Shown here: in pieces, positions 8,626 through 17,168 of the stretch
Numbering within the stretch: position 1 is the first letter of the stretch
Layout of the letters: each line of letters opens with the position of its first letter
Sequence record: MZ443780.1
Strand: one strand, 5' to 3'
Length of the DNA: 64,000 bases
Translations under genes and position numbers: made by a program
Notes under the pieces: model-generated
What the model was told of the DNA's origin: nothing
The model's database searches: none
Seen by the model: only the letters and a program-made list of their open reading frames with translations

Positions 8626-9673
8626 CACCCGTGTGCTGTCACGCATCGGTAAGATGATCGATGCTGCGCTCGACGTAAAAATTCAAGAGAAGCGCTGGCC
8701 GAAGAAACGCGTTAGCCCTTCAATGTTTCCTATCTGTCCGATTCAAGAGACAGCGAAACTGATTTACCAAAAGCATAACAACTGCATGACCGGAGAGTCA
8801 GGTACGTTGCTGAACATCTTTGCGAAAGCAGGGACGGGGATGCACGAAGCCTTGCAGAATGCTCTGGGGCACAGCGGTCAGATGGTTGGCCACTGGAAAT
8901 GTACGAACGAAAAATGCGTAGAGTACCCGAAGACCAAAGGCAAAATGGTTGACGGCGAATACGTGAAAGGTAAGTACACGCGAACTAAAAGCACTAACAA
9001 CATTTGTCCGTCGTGCAAAAAGCCCATGGCCTATGCAGAACTCAAAGTCCTGTATAAGTCGCTCAAGGGTTATGTCGATGGTTTGATTGATAATCTTGAC
9101 GGCACGTACAGCCTGATCGATTTGAAGTCTACCATGGTGACGAAAGCCGCTGACGGAACATTCTTTGTCAAGTACCATCGCTTTCAGATCGCAACATACG
9201 CCTATCTGTTGAAGAAGCGTTACGGTTACAACATCGTGGATTACACTCTCGTTTATGTGCCGCGAGATAATCCTAAGAAGTTTGTAGAGAAGACCTTTGT
9301 GTTTGACGAGGCAGAGTCGAAACGTGCCAAAGAGTTCATGATGGGTCAGATACGCGCATGGGATGCTGCGGTAAAATCAGCGCGTACGGGTAACCTGCTG
9401 CCAGCTATTAAACGTAAGCCGTGCAAGAGCGCTGAGTATTATTGGGACGAGTTCCACGGATATGACACATGCCCTTTTGTAGACCATTGCTTTATTCAAT
9501 CACACATGATTGACTTCATGAAGAAGTTAGAGCAGCGAATCATGGCCAACCCCGATCTGACTTATACGGAAATCATAAGCACAGGTCGGAAAACTCAACA
9601 ACAAGGTCTGCTGCCGGACAAGTCGAAGAAATCGCAACGTCCGAAGCATATCGTAAAAACATTTGAGCTATGA
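8588..9673 (+). CDS. Cas4/RecB-family PD-(D/E)XK exonuclease with probable 4Fe-4S Cys set and inserted zinc ribbon
   Basis: SPSMFPICP, GTGMHEALQ, GYVDGL, LIDLKS, QIATYA and C-terminal C..C.....C motifs. Confidence 0.85.
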   Translation: MRTFANVPARVNDTRVLSRIGKMIDAALDVKIQEKRWPKKRVSPSMFPICPIQETAKLIYQKHNNCMTGESGTLLNIFAKAGTGMHEALQNALGHSGQMVGHWKCTNEKCVEYPKTKGKMVDGEYVKGKYTRTKSTNNICPSCKKPMAYAELKVLYKSLKGYVDGLIDNLDGTYSLIDLKSTMVTKAADGTFFVKYHRFQIATYAYLLKKRYGYNIVDYTLVYVPRDNPKKFVEKTFVFDEAESKRAKEFMMGQIRAWDAAVKSARTGNLLPAIKRKPCKSAEYYWDEFHGYDTCPFVDHCFIQSHMIDFMKKLEQRIMANPDLTYTEIISTGRKTQQQGLLPDKSKKSQRPKHIVKTFEL

Positions 9674-10080
9674 GCATACAAAAAGATTATGAACGATCAT
9701 TGCGCCGACTTAAGGAGTCTGTCTATCGCAAAGAGCAGCTAGGTTATGTTGTGCCTCGCTGCGTTGACGTTGTACTCGCAAAGGTAAAACCTCCCGAACA
9801 GGTGGCATCGAGAAAGTATCTGGTCGTGCTGATGTTGGTCAGTCAGACCTGTGAGAATCTCTGTGCCTCCCTGACGATGCGAGAGCAGCTTGTGGTTAAG
9901 ATGACTCTCCTTAGTCGCAAACACCCAACGCCAGAGATTCAACGTCGTATCAGACGTTTAGATGAACTGGTCAATAGCCAAGACGTGAACATTGAAAATC
10001 ACCGATTGCTTCTCAATTACCGCTGCGAGATATTGATCGACATTCTCGACGGCAAAGAAACTAACTCACGATACACTTGA
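9670..10080 (+). CDS. hypothetical protein
   Basis: 136 aa, ATGA overlap coupling. Confidence 0.7.
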   Translation: MSIQKDYERSLRRLKESVYRKEQLGYVVPRCVDVVLAKVKPPEQVASRKYLVVLMLVSQTCENLCASLTMREQLVVKMTLLSRKHPTPEIQRRIRRLDELVNSQDVNIENHRLLLNYRCEILIDILDGKETNSRYT

Positions 10081-10088
10081 GGTGTAGA

Positions 10089-10592
10089 ATGGAAATTTAT
10101 GTAAGCCTGAGCCAGGACTCTACTGACAAGAATCGCAGTAAGGTATCAAGTCCTGAGTCTAACACTGGGCGCGTTGATGTGTCTGATTACGCTTCGCTTG
10201 AGAAGAAACTTCGCCTGACAGAAGAAGCGAAAGACAAAGAGAAGCTCGCTCAGAAAGCTGGTGGCGGGGATTCTGTAAAGGGTAAGAAAGGCGCTAAAAA
10301 AGATAGCGCGAAACCCAAAGGAGATGACTCTGACACGGACGCTGATAAAGAAGATGATGCCGGCGATGATGCCGACTTTAGCTTTGATGGAGGCGACGAT
10401 GATACAGATGAATCTACAGATGACTCTGGAGACGATTCCAATGGAAAGTCTAAAGCTAAGAAAGGTGGAAAAAAATCTGACAAGTCTGGAGATGCGGACG
10501 CAGAAGACGCAGAAGACGCTGACGCAGACGAATCCGAAGGTGATGACGGGGATGCAGATGCTGAAAGCACTGATGATGAGGACGTCGAGTAA
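10089..10592 (+). CDS. low-complexity D/K-rich protein with N-terminal VSLS motif
   Basis: GAGGTG RBS before ATG 10089 (MEIYVSLSQ); alternating Lys and Asp blocks. Confidence 0.75.
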   Translation: MEIYVSLSQDSTDKNRSKVSSPESNTGRVDVSDYASLEKKLRLTEEAKDKEKLAQKAGGGDSVKGKKGAKKDSAKPKGDDSDTDADKEDDAGDDADFSFDGGDDDTDESTDDSGDDSNGKSKAKKGGKKSDKSGDADAEDAEDADADESEGDDGDADAESTDDEDVE

Positions 10593-11088
10593 CGATCCCG
10601 TCGATGTGCCCAAGACGCATGATGCGATGATCGATGTACTGATCGCAATTCGCTATATGTGCATGAAGCGAATGATCTACCCTGTCGTTGCTGCGACAAT
10701 CGAGCGGCGCAATGAGTATCTGGTGATGAGCAAAGCCTGTCTCCAGATGAAGCCAACCAAAGTTTACGATGCAATTCAAGATCCGAACTGTGCTGTAAAC
10801 TCTCGTTGGCTGTTACGTGCTTTCACCCGCACTGCGCTGCACTTCGACCTGCTGCCTGTTATCGTAGATCGTAGCGGTGAGTTCCAGCCGCTGATTACAC
10901 GCTACTTCGATAAGGATGATGCAGACTTTGCCTATCGCCGTCAGTATGACATTCGCTACCTGACCCAGCTTACTGAAATTCGTAAGCCGCGTATGTATCT
11001 GCTTAATGGAGTTAATTATGGCGTACAAATCACTCGCCAAGAAACCGAAAAAGTCGAAAGCCGCGAAAGAAGCCGATATTCGGAATAA
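10573..11088 (+). CDS. hypothetical protein
   Basis: Globular-looking 3' part of track ORF 10324..11088; start uncertain. Confidence 0.6.
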   Translation: MMRTSSNDPVDVPKTHDAMIDVLIAIRYMCMKRMIYPVVAATIERRNEYLVMSKACLQMKPTKVYDAIQDPNCAVNSRWLLRAFTRTALHFDLLPVIVDRSGEFQPLITRYFDKDDADFAYRRQYDIRYLTQLTEIRKPRMYLLNGVNYGVQITRQETEKVESRERSRYSE

Positions 11089-11674
11089 AGCGCACAAGCA
11101 AGCGCGTAGCGGCAAGCTGGCGAAAGCTGTGAAGACAATGAGCGCTGCCTCTGCTAAATCGCGGCGCATGACGAAAGGTGAGAAGCGAGCAATTCAGTTG
11201 CAGCCGTTCAAACCTCAAGTTGTGCCTCAGCCGCCAAAAACTCCTCTGATGGAAAAGGGATTGTCGCTCACTGCGCTGATGCGCTCGACTCCCCGCCTGA
11301 TGAAAGAGAACGCGCTTGAGTGTTACGTCAACGGTGTCAAACGTGGTAAGACTAACAAAGGTCTGCCGATGATTATGGCAAACGTTCGACACAAAGATCC
11401 ACTGCGTCCTAATAAAACAGTGCGCATTCACAAGCCGATGATTATCGGTCTGGATGACCCGTTCAAGCCTATTTCAAAACAAAAGCGTGTACTGGTCAGT
11501 TGTCCATGTGAGAACTATGTTTTCATGTGGGAATATGCGAACGCCGAACACGGCTGTGCGCGAATCATTTATGGCAACGGCGAGCCACCAGACTTCACTA
11601 ACCCGGGACATGCGCCTGGACTGTGTAAGCATCTTATGGCCTTAGCCGATCAAGTCAAACGTAACGGAGATTAA
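11018..11674 (+). CDS. SWIM zinc-finger protein with basic N-tail
   Basis: VSCPC...GLCKHL (CxC-Xn-CxH); GGAG RBS before ATG 11018. Confidence 0.8.
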   Translation: MAYKSLAKKPKKSKAAKEADIRNKAHKQARSGKLAKAVKTMSAASAKSRRMTKGEKRAIQLQPFKPQVVPQPPKTPLMEKGLSLTALMRSTPRLMKENALECYVNGVKRGKTNKGLPMIMANVRHKDPLRPNKTVRIHKPMIIGLDDPFKPISKQKRVLVSCPCENYVFMWEYANAEHGCARIIYGNGEPPDFTNPGHAPGLCKHLMALADQVKRNGD

Positions 11675-11679
11675 TCTCG

Positions 11680-11961
11680 ATGTTCTTTAACAACCCAGCT
11701 CCAGGTGTTATTCCGAACTATCCAATTGTGCATTCGATTAATGAGATGCACCGTCGTGTGGCAGAACTCAATGGTGAGCTTATCGCTGCCGGTTGCACTG
11801 TCGTAGAGAACTACGGCGAGATGCTGATCGAAGTACCTGCCGGTGCGTCTGCTGCTGTAGACGAAATCATGCAGCGTCACATCGACATGTTCGCAGGTCC
11901 TATCATTAGCGCACCAGCACGTTTGCAAATCGGAGGTGAAGATGCAGAAGCAGAAGTTTAA
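11680..11961 (+). CDS. hypothetical protein
   Basis: 93 aa, GGAG RBS. Confidence 0.7.
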   Translation: MFFNNPAPGVIPNYPIVHSINEMHRRVAELNGELIAAGCTVVENYGEMLIEVPAGASAAVDEIMQRHIDMFAGPIISAPARLQIGGEDAEAEV

Positions 11962-12376
11962 TCCGAGCGAACCGTACTCTGTGTCGCTGCACTTTGGTCC
12001 GCACATCGTTCACGGTCACGCACAAGAAAGTGCGTTTGGTCAGGTGATGCAGAACATGCTGCTGCGTGAAATCAACAAATCATGCGAAGCGATGTTCAAG
12101 ACTATGGCTGATGTTCCTGTCGCCGCTTCTCCGACGTTCGATTGCGCAGAAGTAGAAGCCAGCAACATCCTCGCTGCTGTTCAGCGTTGGCATGAAGTCA
12201 TTGCCAATGAGCCACCAGCGAAAGAGTTCGAACCGTGTTCGGTGCCTGACTGGATGCGCCCGGGTCTTCGTGCTAAAGGCCTGACCGATGAACAGATTGA
12301 TAAGATCATTATCACTGGCATCGAACCGTCGTTTGAAGATCGTCCTGGCCTTGTGCTGAGAACGGTATCTTCGTAA
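11942..12376 (+). CDS. hypothetical protein
   Basis: GGAGGT RBS before ATG 11942. Confidence 0.7.
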   Translation: MQKQKFNPSEPYSVSLHFGPHIVHGHAQESAFGQVMQNMLLREINKSCEAMFKTMADVPVAASPTFDCAEVEASNILAAVQRWHEVIANEPPAKEFEPCSVPDWMRPGLRAKGLTDEQIDKIIITGIEPSFEDRPGLVLRTVSS

Positions 12377-12597
12377 TGGGCTGTCGTGGCTGTGGTCGTC
12401 GTAGCACTCGCATTAGCTACAACGCAAGCTCTGCTCCTCAAAACGAAATCGACGTTGAAGAGGACAATACGTTAAGCGCTGCGCGTTTGACACCTATGGG
12501 CTGGGTGCGCACCTGCGTTAAATGTGGGAAAGTATCTGACCCTTCTCCTTTTGCAGAACACATCAATAGTCCGTGTGACTGCACATTAGACGAGTGA
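12376..12597 (+). CDS. small Cys-rich (zinc-binding) protein
   Basis: CRGC, CVKC and CDC motifs; TAATG coupling. Confidence 0.7.
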   Translation: MGCRGCGRRSTRISYNASSAPQNEIDVEEDNTLSAARLTPMGWVRTCVKCGKVSDPSPFAEHINSPCDCTLDE

Positions 12598-12599
12598 TC

Positions 12600-13331
12600 A
12601 TGATGAACAATCTCGTTGCAACAATGGCTGCCTTAGATTCTTGTCGCTTCTATGCGGAGAACATGGTAGCCGTACAATTCGGCAGTTCGCTCCACCATGT
12701 TCCGCCTGAACCACCTTTCAATCGGCCAATCAATTCTCGTGTGCTGCATTCGCAAATTGCGCTCATTGAGAAGTCGTTCGACAACGCGATCAGCCGAACT
12801 GATTTGGAATTTCCTATTCAGGGTATTCTGTATCGCTTCCGTTCTATTTTCGGTCGTTACGTCAATCAGCATCTTGATGACCCGTACGGACCTTCAGGTA
12901 AACGTGTCAACGCAGAGCGTCCGGATTTGCTTGTCGCACCTCCTGCTCTTGTTCAGGGTGAAAACGAATCGGATCAGGAGTATTCGCATCGTTTCATTGC
13001 GTACACTGCTGACCAAGTGCGCAGCTTTATCTGGATGGTTAGTCTCGACCCGTATGCGCGTGAACAAACAGACTGCTTCTTACCGGTAGCTCCCTGGCCG
13101 TTCAGACTGCCTGAGAAAGATACAGCGTCGGCATTCCTGCTGGTGCATAGCGACATTCTGAACTCGTTAATGATGGCGATGCTGGACACATATAGCAATC
13201 ATCTCGACCTTCATGAGTCTTTGCGTGAGTACGGTACACGTATCATATTTCCTCTGGTGGCAATGTGCCGTGATGTGATATACACAGCATGGACTGTCCC
13301 TAACTTCAAAGGACAAAAATCAAATGTCTGA
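12600..13331 (+). CDS. hypothetical protein
   Basis: About 243 aa, coupled to its neighbours. Confidence 0.7.
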   Translation: MMNNLVATMAALDSCRFYAENMVAVQFGSSLHHVPPEPPFNRPINSRVLHSQIALIEKSFDNAISRTDLEFPIQGILYRFRSIFGRYVNQHLDDPYGPSGKRVNAERPDLLVAPPALVQGENESDQEYSHRFIAYTADQVRSFIWMVSLDPYAREQTDCFLPVAPWPFRLPEKDTASAFLLVHSDILNSLMMAMLDTYSNHLDLHESLREYGTRIIFPLVAMCRDVIYTAWTVPNFKGQKSNV

Positions 13332-13857
13332 TGTTATTCTGTTTGACAAGCAAAACGAGTGGGAAGACTTCGGTAGCGCTGTCTACGAAGAATTTCGCCT
13401 GAACGTAATGACTGGTAGTAGCAGTGCTAGTCAGATTCCTACAGTCGCGCCGTTCGAAGACGTGAAGCACCAACTCAGCTACTCGAACATCCTGCCAGAA
13501 GGTGAGCAATCGCCTATCGTTGTGCTTGATATTCTGGTGATGGAAGTTGAGCTGGCGGAAGGTGAATCCCGCAACTACGATGCTGATAGTCTGGACGCAG
13601 CGGTGCGTAAAGTCGTTGCCTTGTATCAGGCTCGCGCTCGTGATCTCGACTGCCACCTGACAGGCAACTTCATCACAGCAGACCACAAGGTCAACGGTGC
13701 TCTGTTGCGTATCTATCGCAATCAGGACTTCGTGTGCAAAGGTCATCCTGAACTGCTGCATGGTAAACCTATGGGCATGTTCCACTGCGACAAATGCGGT
13801 GAGATGCAAATGGCTGGCGCATTCCACTTGCCAAAAGAGGAAACTCAACATGGTTAA
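13324..13857 (+). CDS. hypothetical protein with C-terminal zinc ribbon
   Basis: GKPMGMFHCDKCGEMQMAGAFH motif. Confidence 0.75.
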   Translation: MSDVILFDKQNEWEDFGSAVYEEFRLNVMTGSSSASQIPTVAPFEDVKHQLSYSNILPEGEQSPIVVLDILVMEVELAEGESRNYDADSLDAAVRKVVALYQARARDLDCHLTGNFITADHKVNGALLRIYRNQDFVCKGHPELLHGKPMGMFHCDKCGEMQMAGAFHLPKEETQHG

Positions 13858-14317
13858 AGGCGGGCTGTGGCGTGTCTTCCCTGACTATGACTCGGAAGCT
13901 ATGCTGATGAAGCTCGGTGCTGCGATTGGCATTGAGCACGACGACGATGAAGGTCCCGGCGAACTGCACGTTACTCTGGCGTATGACGAATCGAACCCTG
14001 ACGTCAAAGCAGAGCAAAACGATGCTGGCGAGTTCTATGCTACTGTCAAAGGCGCTGAACTATTCGGCGAAGGTCAAGATAAGATTCTGGTACTCGTACT
14101 CGAATCGCCTGACCTGATTGCAGAGCATGAACGCATTCACGCATGTGGTGCAGCCAAGTTCTCGTTCAAGCCGTATCGTCCGCACGTTACGCTGTTGAAG
14201 CAAGCGAAAGACAGTCAGGCTGAACACCTCAATCAGATCATTCAGCATCCTGGCCGCCCTCCAATCACACTGCGCTTCATCGAAGAAGATCGCAAGGTGC
14301 TGGAGAAGCGTAGCTAA
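13850..14317 (+). CDS. acb1: Acb1-like 2H phosphoesterase (anti-CBASS cyclic-oligonucleotide nuclease; T4 57B family)
   Basis: Two HxT motifs (LHVTLAY, YRPHVTL). LVLVLESPDL..H....GA...F..Y.PH.TL matches T4 Acb1 as recalled from memory. GAGG RBS. Confidence 0.8.
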   Translation: MVKGGLWRVFPDYDSEAMLMKLGAAIGIEHDDDEGPGELHVTLAYDESNPDVKAEQNDAGEFYATVKGAELFGEGQDKILVLVLESPDLIAEHERIHACGAAKFSFKPYRPHVTLLKQAKDSQAEHLNQIIQHPGRPPITLRFIEEDRKVLEKRS

Positions 14318-14322
14318 ATCCT

Positions 14323-14350
14323 AGCGGTGGCCCTGTGCTGCCGCTTTTGT
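14323..14350 (+). terminator. probable intrinsic terminator
   Basis: AGCGGTGGC/GCTGCCGCT stem followed by TTTGT. Confidence 0.5.
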
Positions 14351-14368
14351 CGTTCTGGAGAAAATCCG

Positions 14369-14698
14369 ATGGAAATGTTAGTTAGTCTCTCGCACGAAAT
14401 CCGTGTCGATGGTCAAGATAGTGCTGATGCCAAAGCTATTGCGCTCGCACCTACTGACGGTGAACAACGTGCGCTTGAACTGCAAGAGCAACAACGCATT
14501 GCAGAAGAATATGGCGTAGACACACCCAAAGAGGAAATCGCCGAGAAAGAAGAAGATCGCAAAAAGCGCGAAGAAGAAGAGGCTAATGACAAGCGCACTA
14601 AGCCACCAGCAGATTTAGGTCAGCGCAAGCCTATCGACGATAAAGACCTTACAGCAACCGATATCCAAAATCAGCATGATAACCTGACAAAGATCTAG
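14369..14698 (+). CDS. acidic protein with N-terminal VSLS motif
   Basis: GGAG RBS before ATG 14369 (MEMLVSLSH). Confidence 0.75.
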   Translation: MEMLVSLSHEIRVDGQDSADAKAIALAPTDGEQRALELQEQQRIAEEYGVDTPKEEIAEKEEDRKKREEEEANDKRTKPPADLGQRKPIDDKDLTATDIQNQHDNLTKI

Positions 14699-14702
14699 GA
14701 AA

Positions 14703-14711
14703 CTGTAAATA
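14703..14711 (+). promoter_or_regulatory. putative phage-sigma promoter motif CTGTAAATA
   Basis: 32 nt upstream of the sigma-factor ATG. Confidence 0.5.
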
Positions 14712-14743
14712 AGAGTCAAAGCAACTAACAGGTGTATTTGACC

Positions 14744-15781
14744 ATGAACAATAAGTCGAATCTCACAGGCGGTCAGATAGAAAGCGTCATGGACACAATG
14801 CTTCATGACTGCCTCCGTGAGATTGTTGAGAACACGGACATATTCGACGTTCAACTGACCTACCTGTTGAACATGATTACGTCGAATAAAAAGCGTAAGC
14901 CATACAACGCCGAGACTCGTGAACGTGCTATCAGCCTTTTGATTAAAGCGCTGTCTGTACCGCGTGATCAGAAGATGGTTTATATTCAGGAACTTAAAAT
15001 GGAGCGTAACTTCATTTATGTCTTCCTGGAAAATGTAATTAAACGGTACTACGCGGCTTATGTCGATCTCTATCGTGTATTCATTTCTACGCAAGACTCA
15101 ATCAAGCGTGAAGCGTACTCGAAGCGACTGGACGTGTTTGTCAGAATGTTTGGTGCTGAGTCACGCTCCAAGCTGTTTGTCGCGTTGTGCCGTCTGAACG
15201 ATCTTCTGCCGCAGTTCATGGAGTACTTCCACTCGGTGGTGGCTGACTTCTATAGACTATGCAGCAAGCAAACAAAATTTTACGTTGATACCAACCGAGG
15301 CAAGCTGTACGACTCGAAGGACGTGCGCCAGAACTTCTTGCGTAACGTCATTGTTGCGATCAACAAGTATGACTCATCGCGTGGTGCGATTGTGAGTTAT
15401 ACGAAGTGGTGGATCTTGAACGCCCAGACCTGTAGTAGTAGCGAGCATGAATACGGCATCGCGTACACTATTCCCCAGACTCAACGTAAGAAACTGGCTA
15501 CAGGCGAAGACACTACTTCTCTGAATTTCTCGGTAAGTCTCGATACACCTGCCAACGAATCTGATGAAGGTGCGGACGCGTCCCTACATCAAAAAGTGAG
15601 TGACCATCATCACTTAGAAGATCACGTTGATAGCGAGAGGCGTACTGAAAAACTGAGACTGCTTATTAAGCGCGTAGACCCACTCGGCGTTGCTCGTCTA
15701 ACGATGGACGTTGGGGAAGAGTTTGACAAGTTCGAACTCGATCTTATGCGTAGACACATGCAGGCTCAAAGGCTAGCCTAA
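14744..15781 (+). CDS. phage RNA polymerase sigma factor (sigma70 region 2 present; no obvious region 4)
   Basis: VRQNFLRNVIVAINKYDSSRGAIVSYTKWWILNA resembles the sigma70 region 2.2-2.4 signature (A..KFD..RG..F.TYA.WWI). Confidence 0.8.
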   Translation: MNNKSNLTGGQIESVMDTMLHDCLREIVENTDIFDVQLTYLLNMITSNKKRKPYNAETRERAISLLIKALSVPRDQKMVYIQELKMERNFIYVFLENVIKRYYAAYVDLYRVFISTQDSIKREAYSKRLDVFVRMFGAESRSKLFVALCRLNDLLPQFMEYFHSVVADFYRLCSKQTKFYVDTNRGKLYDSKDVRQNFLRNVIVAINKYDSSRGAIVSYTKWWILNAQTCSSSEHEYGIAYTIPQTQRKKLATGEDTTSLNFSVSLDTPANESDEGADASLHQKVSDHHHLEDHVDSERRTEKLRLLIKRVDPLGVARLTMDVGEEFDKFELDLMRRHMQAQRLA

Positions 15782-15783
15782 AA

Positions 15784-15792
15784 CTGTAAACA
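15784..15792 (+). promoter_or_regulatory. putative phage-sigma promoter motif CTGTAAACA
   Basis: 37 nt upstream of the SSB ATG. Confidence 0.5.
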
Positions 15793-15829
15793 TTGCTCAC
15801 AAGGCAAAACTCAATATTGAGGAATAACA

Positions 15830-17110
15830 ATGGCACGTGGATTTGGTGACATTCAAGATAACAGCAAACGCGATAGTTTGCGCGAGTCGGAAATCTTTGA
15901 AATCTTCCCTCTTTCGAAGAAAGCAAACGGCAACTGGGTATCAATCCGTCTGCTGAATCTTGACCTGCTTCCAATTAAGAAGCACTGGATCAAGATCATG
16001 GGCGGCAAGGATAAAGATAAAGAAATCAAAATCCCGCGCATGTGCGTTAGCTTCGACCCGGACAATCAGAACAAACCTCTGAACGGTATGAAGTGTCCGT
16101 ACTGTGGCATCGCTCACGGTAACGACGAATCTGGTGCGCCAGCGCAGTATGACTATAAGTGGTATGCGCAAGCGATCATCCGTGACGAGCAAGCTGCTGC
16201 GCCGCGTAAAATGCCTAAGCTCACTAAACAAGAGCAGAAAACCGGCAAGAAAGAAATGGGCAGTGAGTCTTGGACTCCTGTTATGTGTATTCCGCTGTCG
16301 AACTCTCTGGCTGGCAAAATCCGCGAACTCGGTGAACGTAACATTCACACGGTCAAAGATAAGAAGTCCGGCAAGAAGTCGAAGCAGGCGTTCCAGGTCA
16401 ATCACGATAAGTACGGTTGTGATATCGAAATCAAATACAACCCGAAAAAATCACCGGCAGAGCGCTACACTATTGAGCGTGGCGATCACACGCCTCTGAC
16501 CGAAGAAGAAAAAGGTTATCTGACCTGGGACTTCGACAACTGGAACGAAATCTACGACATGCTCGGTCGTCTGAACGAAGAAGCTGCTATGGCTGACTTC
16601 AAGAAGATGGACGTTATCGGCGTTAACACCAACGATGATGATGGTGATGACGATGAAGACGATGACGACGACATGGCGCTTGGCCGCAAGAAGAAAGGCG
16701 GCAAGGCAGACAAGAAAAAACGTCGCAGCGATGATGACGACGACGATGAGGACGAAGATGACGACGATGACGACGATGAAGATGATCGTCCGTCTAAGAA
16801 GTCCAAGAAGTCGAAACCAACCAAGTCTCGTAAGATGTTAGACGATGACGAGGATGATGACGACGACGATGAAGACGATGAAGATGATCGTCCGTCGAAG
16901 AAAAAGAAATCTTTGAAGGACAAAAAGTCCTCGAAGAAATCGTCTAAGAAGTCTAAGTCCTCAGATGACGATGACGACGAAGACGATGATGCACCTAAGA
17001 AGAAGAAAAAGAAATCTTCTGACAAGGTGAAATCGTCTGATAAGAAGAAAAAGAAAAAGTCTTCTGACGACGATGATGATAAGCCGAAGAAAAAGAAAAA
17101 GAAAAAGTAA
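15830..17110 (+). CDS. gp32-like single-stranded DNA-binding protein with long D/K block tail
   Basis: HW...C...CPYC zinc site, WYAQAIIRD and G.DIEIKY motifs; sits directly upstream of RecA/UvsX. Confidence 0.75.
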   Translation: MARGFGDIQDNSKRDSLRESEIFEIFPLSKKANGNWVSIRLLNLDLLPIKKHWIKIMGGKDKDKEIKIPRMCVSFDPDNQNKPLNGMKCPYCGIAHGNDESGAPAQYDYKWYAQAIIRDEQAAAPRKMPKLTKQEQKTGKKEMGSESWTPVMCIPLSNSLAGKIRELGERNIHTVKDKKSGKKSKQAFQVNHDKYGCDIEIKYNPKKSPAERYTIERGDHTPLTEEEKGYLTWDFDNWNEIYDMLGRLNEEAAMADFKKMDVIGVNTNDDDGDDDEDDDDDMALGRKKKGGKADKKKRRSDDDDDDEDEDDDDDDDEDDRPSKKSKKSKPTKSRKMLDDDEDDDDDDEDDEDDRPSKKKKSLKDKKSSKKSSKKSKSSDDDDDEDDDAPKKKKKKSSDKVKSSDKKKKKKSSDDDDDKPKKKKKKK

Positions 17111-17120
17111 TTCGCAACAC

Positions 17121-17147
17121 GGGGTAGCTTAGGCTGCCCCTTCTTTT
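17121..17147 (+). terminator. intrinsic terminator
   Basis: GGGGTAGC-TTAG-GCTGCCCC followed by TTCTTTT. Confidence 0.7.
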
Positions 17148-17168
17148 CTCAATCTGGACTATCCCACA

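Noticed and set aside
8588-9673. Cas4-like gene as evidence of a CRISPR-Cas locus
   Set aside because: No array and no cas1/cas2 or effector genes in the window; stand-alone Cas4-like nucleases are common in phages.
10324-10572. N-terminal Met/Thr-rich extension of track ORF 10324..11088
   Set aside because: An out-of-frame read of the Asp-rich 10089 gene; the real start is likely at or after 10573.
16600-17100. GAC/GAT/GAA and AAG repeat arrays (also 10330-10590, 55250-55320 and 60780-61320) as possible CRISPR or tandem repeats
   Set aside because: These are in-frame low-complexity Asp/Glu/Lys coding tracts, with no repeat-spacer periodicity.
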